Source of the DNA: Promethearchaeota archaeon
GTDB lineage: Archaea; Asgardarchaeota; Lokiarchaeia; Sigyniarchaeales; SOKP01
DNA: 44,642 bases
NCBI GenBank assembly: GCA_004524535.1
Contig: SDNY01000013.1
Location: 1 to 44,642, forward strand
Direction: 5' to 3'
The notes beneath the pieces were generated by a model. That model was given only the letters and a program-made list of their open reading frames with translations, was not told the origin of the DNA and did no database searches. Position 1 is the stretch's first letter; the number at the start of each line of letters is the position of its first letter. Both the position numbers and the translations under genes were made by a program. Positions 37,454-44,642 of the stretch are shown here, piece by piece.

Positions 37454-37704
37454 GGCTTTTCATTAATTTTCTATGATTATTTTTTATAATTTTCCTTCTC
37501 AATAGTTTTCAAAAACTTGTATATAATTCATTTATATGAATATTTAGATGTATCTTTTATATTATATTATTATTTTCAGATGGCTTTATTTTAATAATAT
37601 ATAAGAGAAATATTAAAATTCTAAAATCAATAAGTTAGGAAATATATAATCTTAACTTTTTTAAGTCTATTTTAATTGAATAAAAATTGGTTTGATGATT
37701 CAAA

Positions 37705-39546
37705 ATGATTAAAGGTTTTAGGGGGCAATTATTAAAAATAAATTTATCCACGCAAGAAATATCAACAGAGTCATTAAATGAAAATTATGCTAAAGATTTC
37801 TTAGGAGGTGCAGGTTATGCCTGTCGGTATTTATATGATTTTATCGATAAATCTACAGATCCACTATCTCCTGATAATATTATAATCTTTATGAATGGTC
37901 CATTAAATGGTACATTTGCTCCTAACACAGGTAGATGGGTGGTGTGTTCCAAATCACCATATACAGGAATTTGGGGTGAGTCAAACTGCGGCAGCTGGTT
38001 TGGTGCTGAAGTTAAGAAGGCAGGTTATGATGGTATTATTATATCTGGTGCTTCGGATCAACCAGTATATCTTGAAATTAAGAACAGTAGTGTAAAAATT
38101 AAAGATGCTAAGTTTTTATGGGGCAAAGGTACGTTTTATACTACAAAAAAGCTTAAAGAGGTTTTTGGTGATGAAAGAGCTATCGTAGCTTGTATCGGTC
38201 AAGCCGGTGAAAACCTTGTAAAATTCGCAAACATTGTATCAGAACAGAGAGCTGCTGGTAGAACAGGCATGGGTGCTATTTTAGGTTCAAAAAAGCTAAA
38301 AGCAATAATTGTAAAAGGAAACAATATTAAATTGGATGTAGCCAATCCCGATAAATTGAAAGAGGTAATAGCTAAAACTAGAGATGATGTTAAATCTTCA
38401 ATGATGACGAAAATCTTAAAGGAATTTGGAACTTCTGGTGGTGTCAACCTATATAACACAACTGGAGAATTACCCATAAAATATTTCACAAAATCAAATT
38501 GGGCTTATTGCGATAATATTTCGGGAGTGACGATGGCAGAAAAAATTTTAGTTAAAAATAGATTTTGTCATTCTTGCGTAATTGGTTGCGGGAGGAGAGT
38601 TATTATTAAAGAAGGTAAGTACAAAACTGATGAAATTGAGGGTCCTGAGTATGAAACCCTCGTGAGTTATGGAAGCCTATATTTAAATGATAATTTAGAA
38701 GCTATCGTTGATATTAATACAAAATGTTATGAGTATGGAATTGATACTATTAGTTCTGGAGCTATAATCTCACTTATAACTTATCATTATAATCAAGGTA
38801 ATATTAAGTTAGAAGCCCTTGATGGATTAACACCAGAATGGGGTAATAATAAAGTAGCTGAAAGATTTTTTGAAAAAATAGTTAAACGTGAAGGAATAGG
38901 AGATCTTTTGGCTGAAGGATCCAATGCGGTTGGTAAAAAATTTAATATCCCTCAAGATGAGATTGCTACAGTTAATGGTTTAGAAATAACTTATCATGAT
39001 CTACGTTCAAATTATGGGATGGCGATAGCATATGGGATGGGTTTAAAAGGGCCTTCACATAATTTACTTGATGCTTATTTTGTATTAACAGGCATTCCAT
39101 TAGAAGAAATTGGTATAAAAATGATAGATAAATATTCTGATAGTAGGGATATGGCTGAATTTTGCTCGTTGCTTATGGATTACCGAGCATTATATAGTTC
39201 AATGATAATGTGTTCTTTTTGTAATCCTCTACCTTCTCAAATTGCATCTATAATTGAACATACTACTGGATTAAAATTTGGACTTGAAGAGATTAAATTG
39301 TATGGAGAGAGAATAGCAACAATTAAACGATTATTTAACATTAAAATGGGATTAACTCAAAAAGATGACAATTTACCACAGATTTTGTTAAGACCTTTTT
39401 CAGATGGCGGTTCAGCGGGTAAATCTCCAGATTTTGAAAAATTAAAGAAGCATTTTTACGAATATAGAGACTGGGATTTAAAAACCGGGATCCCGAGTGA
39501 TTCTAAACTTAATACATTATCATTAAATACTCTAAGATATAATTAA
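37705..39546 (+). CDS. aor: Tungsten-dependent aldehyde:ferredoxin oxidoreductase (copy 2)
   Basis: FLGGAG, KSPYTG, ESNCG, GQAGENLV, GRTGMGAILGSKKLKA, CHSCVIGC, GPEYET, GIDTIS, MCSF. Confidence 0.92.
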   Translation: MIKGFRGQLLKINLSTQEISTESLNENYAKDFLGGAGYACRYLYDFIDKSTDPLSPDNIIIFMNGPLNGTFAPNTGRWVVCSKSPYTGIWGESNCGSWFGAEVKKAGYDGIIISGASDQPVYLEIKNSSVKIKDAKFLWGKGTFYTTKKLKEVFGDERAIVACIGQAGENLVKFANIVSEQRAAGRTGMGAILGSKKLKAIIVKGNNIKLDVANPDKLKEVIAKTRDDVKSSMMTKILKEFGTSGGVNLYNTTGELPIKYFTKSNWAYCDNISGVTMAEKILVKNRFCHSCVIGCGRRVIIKEGKYKTDEIEGPEYETLVSYGSLYLNDNLEAIVDINTKCYEYGIDTISSGAIISLITYHYNQGNIKLEALDGLTPEWGNNKVAERFFEKIVKREGIGDLLAEGSNAVGKKFNIPQDEIATVNGLEITYHDLRSNYGMAIAYGMGLKGPSHNLLDAYFVLTGIPLEEIGIKMIDKYSDSRDMAEFCSLLMDYRALYSSMIMCSFCNPLPSQIASIIEHTTGLKFGLEEIKLYGERIATIKRLFNIKMGLTQKDDNLPQILLRPFSDGGSAGKSPDFEKLKKHFYEYRDWDLKTGIPSDSKLNTLSLNTLRYN

Positions 39547-39576
39547 AATTAGTTAATATTAAAAATAAATAAAAAG

Positions 39577-41067
39577 GTGAAAAAAACGAATAAGGATGAT
39601 ATTTGCTTTATGTCTGCATGTGATATGGCAGAAAAGATAAAAACGCAAGAACTATCTTCACAAGAAATAACCGAAGTTATAATCGAAAGGATTGAGAAAA
39701 TAAATCCAATAATTAACGCCTATTGTACTCCTACGTTCGATCTCGCAAGAGAAACGGCTAAAAAAGCAGATGATGCTGTGAAAAAGGGAGAAAAACTGGG
39801 TTTAGTGCACGGAGTCCCTACTTCTATAAAAGATGAAGTAGAAACTAAGGGGATAAGAAGTACTTTTGGATGTGTAATATTTGAGAATTACATCCCAGAA
39901 GAGGATGATGTAGCAGTTGCCAGGTTAAAAGATGCAGGTATGGTTATGTTAGGAAAAACTAATCTTCCACCATTTGGATATGCTCCTATAACATATAATT
40001 TGATATTTGGTTCAACTAAAAATCCTTGGAATTTAGAGCGAACGCCTGGTGGTTCGAGTGGTGGTGCGGCTGCCGCAGTTGCTTCAGGATTAGGATCTCT
40101 AGCTTTAGGTGGAGATGGAGGAGGATCTATTAGGATTCCAAGTAGTTTTTGTGGTACATACGGGATAAAACCCACTTTTGGTCGAGTTCCTCATCTATTT
40201 GCAAAATTAGGGGGAACAGCAGCTACTATTAGCCAGAGTGGTCCTATTGTAAATTATGTAAAAGATGCAGCATTAATGTTAGATGTGATAGTTGGCCCGC
40301 ATTATTCTGATAAATTTTCTGTTCCAAAACCTAACTATAGCTTTCTTGAAAAGCTTAAGGAAAAACCGAAAAAACTCAAAATTGGATATTCTTTTGATTT
40401 GGGGAACCTAATGGTAATAGATACTGAAGTAAGAAAATCTGTTCAAGAAGGTATTGATAAACTAAATGGATTTGATTGGGATATTGAAGAAAGTAACCTT
40501 ATTAATCTTAAAAACTCTAAGAAAACGATGTTAGGAGTAAAGCGACCAAGAATTCGTGAACCATTTCTAGTCTTAGGGACTATTTGGGCAACGAGTTTTG
40601 CTCATGTATTAGAGGTAACCAAACTTTATAAGAAATGGAAGGATAAAATGGACCCCACCTTGGTTAAAATGGTTGAGTTGGGACAACGATTCTCTGCTAA
40701 GGATATTAAAGTTGCCGAAATTCAAATTGAAATGATTAATGAGAATATCGCAGAACATTTCAAGAAATATGATATATTAATTACTCCAACTACGACAATT
40801 ACCGCAGTTAATGTTACAAATACATTATTTGATTTAATTGAAGTAGAAGGCCAAAAAGTTAGTACTAATGATTGGGTAGCTTTTACTTATCCTTTCAATT
40901 TGAGCGGTCATCCTGCCGCATCTATTCCATGCGGGTGGAATAACGATGGATTACCGATGGGAATGCAAATCGTTGGAAAGAGGTTTGATGAAGTTTCGGT
41001 CCTTCAAGTCTCAAAAGCCTTTGAAGAAGTTGCCCCGTGGCAAGATAAAAAACCTAATTTTAACTAA
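39577..41067 (+). CDS. Amidase-signature family enzyme
   Basis: GVPTSIKD (Lys), GKTN, PGGSSGG, DGGGSIRIP (nucleophile Ser), FNLSGHPAASIP; GTG start. Confidence 0.92.
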   Translation: MKKTNKDDICFMSACDMAEKIKTQELSSQEITEVIIERIEKINPIINAYCTPTFDLARETAKKADDAVKKGEKLGLVHGVPTSIKDEVETKGIRSTFGCVIFENYIPEEDDVAVARLKDAGMVMLGKTNLPPFGYAPITYNLIFGSTKNPWNLERTPGGSSGGAAAAVASGLGSLALGGDGGGSIRIPSSFCGTYGIKPTFGRVPHLFAKLGGTAATISQSGPIVNYVKDAALMLDVIVGPHYSDKFSVPKPNYSFLEKLKEKPKKLKIGYSFDLGNLMVIDTEVRKSVQEGIDKLNGFDWDIEESNLINLKNSKKTMLGVKRPRIREPFLVLGTIWATSFAHVLEVTKLYKKWKDKMDPTLVKMVELGQRFSAKDIKVAEIQIEMINENIAEHFKKYDILITPTTTITAVNVTNTLFDLIEVEGQKVSTNDWVAFTYPFNLSGHPAASIPCGWNNDGLPMGMQIVGKRFDEVSVLQVSKAFEEVAPWQDKKPNFN

Positions 41068-41088
41068 TAGTTCTTTTTATAATCTATT

Positions 41089-42153
41089 TTATTTTTTTAA
41101 TTTATTTCTTAATTTTTCCGAGATTAGATCTCCCATTTCTTTAGTTGAGAGAGTTTTTAAATTAGGATTTTCAATGTCAATTGTTCGCCCCTCTTTAAGA
41201 CCTTCTTCAACGGCATTCTCGATTTCGTTTCCTATTTTGGATTGGAATGATTCCTCCATCATTAATTTTACGCTTAGAATCGTGCCAATTGGATTTGCGA
41301 TATTTTTTCCAGCGATATCGGGAGCTGAACCATGTATTGGTTCGTACATAGAAACTTTATTTGGATGAATATTCCCACTTGAAGCCATACCTAAGCTTCC
41401 AATCAGAAATGCGGCCTCATCACTAATTATGTCTCCAAACATATTTCCAGTGACGACGGTTTGGTAGGCATATGGTGTTCGGATGAGCCATTGACAAAAA
41501 GCATCAATATAGATATCCTCGATCTTTATATTGGGATATTTTGAACCAATATCATGAAATATTTTACGCCATAGCTGGCTGGGTTTTAAAATATTAGCCT
41601 TATCAACAGATGTCACTTTTTTATGACCCTTCCTTTTAGCAAATTCAAAAGCGAATTTGATAATCCGTTCACATCCTTCACGGGTATAATGCATTATGTT
41701 CTGTGCTTCATTTTCCTTTAAATACCCGATATTTTTATATAAACCCTCTGTATTTTCCCTGACAAAATAAATATCAATTCCATCACCAATAAACTCATCC
41801 CTTAAAGGACATCGATCCCTTAATGGTTCATAAAGTTTTATTGGTCTTAAATTCACATATAAATCTAATCCCTGTCTAATGTTCAAAATTGCAATTTCGG
41901 CTACTCCTTGAGGCAATCCAGGAATTCCAATTGCCCCAAATAACAATGCATCCGAATTTTTAATTGTTTCAAATGATTTTTCAGGTAAACTTTCACCATG
42001 TTTTTTCCATACTGCACCACCCGCAGGAGCTTCTTTGAATTCAAACTCAAAATCAGTATATTCATCAATAATCTTTAGAATCTTTATACCCTCTGGAATA
42101 ACTTCTTTACCTACACCGTCTCCTTCTGTAAATGCGATTATTTTTTTCATCAA
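41089..42153 (-). CDS. leuB: 3-isopropylmalate dehydrogenase-like beta-decarboxylating dehydrogenase
   Basis: GDGVGKEV, LFGAIG, NLRP, VRENTEGLY, VDKANIL, NMFGDIISD, EPIHGSAPDIAG, ANP; substrate not certain. Likely start ATG 42150. Confidence 0.8.
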   Translation of the reverse strand: MMKKIIAFTEGDGVGKEVIPEGIKILKIIDEYTDFEFEFKEAPAGGAVWKKHGESLPEKSFETIKNSDALLFGAIGIPGLPQGVAEIAILNIRQGLDLYVNLRPIKLYEPLRDRCPLRDEFIGDGIDIYFVRENTEGLYKNIGYLKENEAQNIMHYTREGCERIIKFAFEFAKRKGHKKVTSVDKANILKPSQLWRKIFHDIGSKYPNIKIEDIYIDAFCQWLIRTPYAYQTVVTGNMFGDIISDEAAFLIGSLGMASSGNIHPNKVSMYEPIHGSAPDIAGKNIANPIGTILSVKLMMEESFQSKIGNEIENAVEEGLKEGRTIDIENPNLKTLSTKEMGDLISEKLRNKLKK

Positions 42154-42222
42154 AAATAATTCTCAATTTATAATTTTAATATCCTATTATAAAAATCCAT
42201 ATTTAATAATCTTTTTAGGAAA

Positions 42223-43815
42223 TTAACCAATTTTTCTAAAATAATCAATATTAATATCTTCAAAACAACTATCTATGGATTCTATTTCTTCAAGTTCTTG
42301 TAATGAAATATGATTTTTCTCATTGAAATTTTTTGCAGCCCATATAAGTTTATTGAATCGTTGATGATGGTGATGAAACCTTTGATTTGCATATTCTTTT
42401 GCTTGTTTCGTATAGATAAGAAATGGCCAATCACTTCCCTCCATTAATATTAATTCCCGAGCGATCTGTTTAAGAATTCTATCTTCCCAATTTTGGGGAT
42501 TTGGATTCGTTTCTAATATCATTTCGAGTTCTTTAATTGAAGCATTAATATAAGGCCAAATCCATCCATGTTCAGGATTTTTCCATACTTGAAAATGACC
42601 TCCTTCACCCCAACTGCTCTCTCCCATTCGAATAACTGAAAATTGATCTTTATATTTTGAAATATATTCAGAAATGGTTATTATTTCCAATTTTTCATCG
42701 TAATAAATCAATTCAAATATTTTTTTTAACCATTGAATTCCCTCCATCCACCAATGACCATATAATTCAAAATCATAAGGTGATAACACTATCCCCTCAA
42801 TATTGAATATGTTTTTAAAATTCTCTAATTCACTGTTTATAGATGATATAAAGTGATTTGCATGAACCTCAATCTGCTGTTGTGCTTCCTTTGTATTATA
42901 GAGCTCTTTTTTTTCGTTTTCTATGTTTTTATCTGTAATTCTCCAATAATGTAATCCGGATTCATGATCCTTTTTATGAAATTCGCGATACCATCCATCA
43001 CCAGGGTATCCTATTTCTGCGTCCCATACTTGTCTACTGGTATTTATATTTCGGCCAAAAACACAAACACCCGTTTCTAAAACATATCCAAAATTCGTAT
43101 TTAAGCCAATTTTATTTTTTTTTTCTAATAATTCAGCATCTAAGATACCGTGAGAATCAACAAAAAAATATTGAATACCAGAATTATTTAACCAATAATC
43201 AATGCTTTCTCTTATCTTTCCATCTTTATACTTTTGAGGTCTGTAAGCACATTCGGGAAGCCAGATACCTTTCGGGTCTCGGTTGAAATATTTCTTATAT
43301 GTATCAACGGCTAGTTGGATTTGAGAAAATATTCCGGAATCGCTCTCCATTAAGGGTAAAAAGCCGTGCGTCGCTCCACAAGTAATTAATTCAATCATAC
43401 CCTCCTCTTGGAGCCATTTAAATGAGCCCAGAATATCCCCGTAATAATTATGGTAATAGGTATCTAACACTTTTTCAAAATTACTTAAATGATACTCAGC
43501 AATTTTTTTCCTTTCTGGGTGGTTCTCAAATCTAATAATATCATTTCTAGCTCTGAATATTATACTCTCCATGTATTCTGAAAATCGTTGTTTCATATAC
43601 TCATCAGAAAGCATTTCAGCTAAAATTGGAGTTATGTTTATAGTTAATGCTGTTTTAATACCTTTTTCTTTTAACTCTCTTAATATGTTTAATGTAGGAA
43701 TGTATGTTTCTAACATAGCTTCAAAAAGCCATTCCTCCCCAGCAGGCCACGTACCCGATTTCTTACACCATGGTATGTGCCCGTGTAAAACAAAACCAAG
43801 ATATCCTAAAATCAT
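42223..43815 (-). CDS. GH57 1,4-alpha-glucan branching enzyme
   Basis: LHGHIP, EEWLFEAMLETYIP, ATHGFLP, WLPECAY, DFELYGHWW, SSWG, SDWPF. Confidence 0.9.
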   Translation of the reverse strand: MILGYLGFVLHGHIPWCKKSGTWPAGEEWLFEAMLETYIPTLNILRELKEKGIKTALTINITPILAEMLSDEYMKQRFSEYMESIIFRARNDIIRFENHPERKKIAEYHLSNFEKVLDTYYHNYYGDILGSFKWLQEEGMIELITCGATHGFLPLMESDSGIFSQIQLAVDTYKKYFNRDPKGIWLPECAYRPQKYKDGKIRESIDYWLNNSGIQYFFVDSHGILDAELLEKKNKIGLNTNFGYVLETGVCVFGRNINTSRQVWDAEIGYPGDGWYREFHKKDHESGLHYWRITDKNIENEKKELYNTKEAQQQIEVHANHFISSINSELENFKNIFNIEGIVLSPYDFELYGHWWMEGIQWLKKIFELIYYDEKLEIITISEYISKYKDQFSVIRMGESSWGEGGHFQVWKNPEHGWIWPYINASIKELEMILETNPNPQNWEDRILKQIARELILMEGSDWPFLIYTKQAKEYANQRFHHHHQRFNKLIWAAKNFNEKNHISLQELEEIESIDSCFEDINIDYFRKIG

Positions 43816-44266
43816 AATTATTATAATACTTAGTTTCTATAATCATTATTTTACATTAACTTAATAGTTCTTAGAATTTTAATATCTCTGTTAACGATCT
43901 CTGGATTTTTCAGATCGCATTTTTTAGTAGCAATAATTTCTCTGAATATCAATTATAATTCTTAAATTAAATATTAGTTTTAAATAAATAGGAATCAAAT
44001 TATAATTTATTTATTCTCTCCCCTTATAATATCCAAAATAAAAATAGATCTCAGAGCTAACAGCTCGGTTTAATCTCGTGGCTTTTCTTCTAAGACTTCT
44101 AATTTTCATTTTTCTGTCGATCGGATAAAATATATTAACCCAAACATAATAAATCGAAAAATTTACACAATCTTTAAATATTTGAAATAAGTATTATTAA
44201 ATAATAAAGTTCATGTTAAAAAATGTGGACTTTGTAACAAAAAATTAATAAATATAATGTGGAGGA

Positions 44267-44488
44267 ATGAAAAAAATGGCTAAAAAAGTTTTTGCTTGGA
44301 GTCCAGTCCGAAAACTAATGAAGGATAACGGCGCTGAAATGGTTGCTCGAGATGCTGTAGATGCATTAATTGATTATTTAGAAAAAACAGCTAAAGGTGT
44401 CACAAACAAAGCTTTAGAAATGACTCGACACGCGGGTCGGAAGAAATTGACCCTCGAGGACATGGACTTGGCAATGAAATTAATGTAA
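44267..44488 (+). CDS. Archaeal histone (HMf-like fold)
   Basis: SPVRKLMK..GAEMVARDA...HAGRKKLTLEDM; GGAGG at 44261-44265 favours ATG 44276 as the start. Confidence 0.92.
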   Translation: MKKMAKKVFAWSPVRKLMKDNGAEMVARDAVDALIDYLEKTAKGVTNKALEMTRHAGRKKLTLEDMDLAMKLM

Positions 44489-44499
44489 AAAACTCTTTA

Positions 44500-44534
44500 A
44501 ATAAATTAAAAAATTATTTATTCTCTTTTTTTTT
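44500..44534 (+). terminator. Probable terminator after the histone gene
   Basis: AATAAAT/ATTTATT inverted repeat followed by a 9-T tract. Confidence 0.4.
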
Positions 44535-44544
44535 ATTAATTTAT

Positions 44545-44642
44545 GTGAAATTTAACGATTTAAGCATAAAGACTGTTACATGTATTCAAGTTATTCTCGC
44601 AGTAATCATCTCAGTCATATTTACTTTTGTAGTTCCACTCGA
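44545..44642 (+). CDS. 5' fragment of a probable membrane/secreted protein (MKFNDLSIKTVTCIQVILAVIISVIFTFVVPL...)
   Basis: GTG start, open to the right edge, hydrophobic TM-like segment. Confidence 0.5.
   Translation, partial: MKFNDLSIKTVTCIQVILAVIISVIFTFVVPL

Noticed and set aside
39577-41067. gatA assignment
   Set aside because: No gatB/gatC nearby and GatA-specific motifs were not recognised; called a generic amidase.
1437-43864. Short overlapping ORFs in the supplied track (e.g. 1437-1643, 4690-4899, 10737-11057, 15475-15780, 30810-31175, 34393-34710, 40946-41368)
   Set aside because: Antisense or alternate-frame shadows of well-supported genes, with no motifs.
43816-44266. ncRNA or tRNA in the 450-bp spacer before the histone gene
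   Set aside because: Only tiny hairpins (GAGCT-AAC-AGCTC; CGATCT...AGATCG); no cloverleaf or T-loop.
1-44642. CRISPR arrays, rRNA, IS elements, defence systems, frameshifted pseudogenes
   Set aside because: None visible; nearly all sequence is accounted for by intact genes and short spacers.

Overview
AT-rich, gene-dense archaeal DNA, most likely from an Asgard archaeon of the Lokiarchaeia type. This is an inference from an HMf-like histone, a RING-H2 protein, a roadblock-fused Rab-like GTPase, two tungsten-type aldehyde:ferredoxin oxidoreductases (AORs) and a standalone ThiN. There are 32 convincing complete CDS plus two possible edge fragments. I saw no rRNA, tRNA, CRISPR array or mobile element. 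The main result is a contiguous 7-gene cluster (7943-18288) that reads as a phosphorylative L-fucose/L-rhamnose pathway (fucI, rhaA, rhaB-like kinase, class II aldolase). It is joined to an unusual lactaldehyde-oxidation arm: AOR, Ni-pincer lactate racemase LarA, and an FAD/Fe-S D-2-hydroxyacid dehydrogenase. Also notable are a divergent pair of eukaryote-like genes (RING-H2+TPR; roadblock + Rab-like GTPase with an altered G3 + probable pseudo-GTPase), a thiamine cluster, a protein built of ~58-aa helical repeats, twin Zn-finger membrane paralogues and a structured leader upstream of the cold-shock gene. All functional calls come from motif recognition by eye; no database search or computation was run.
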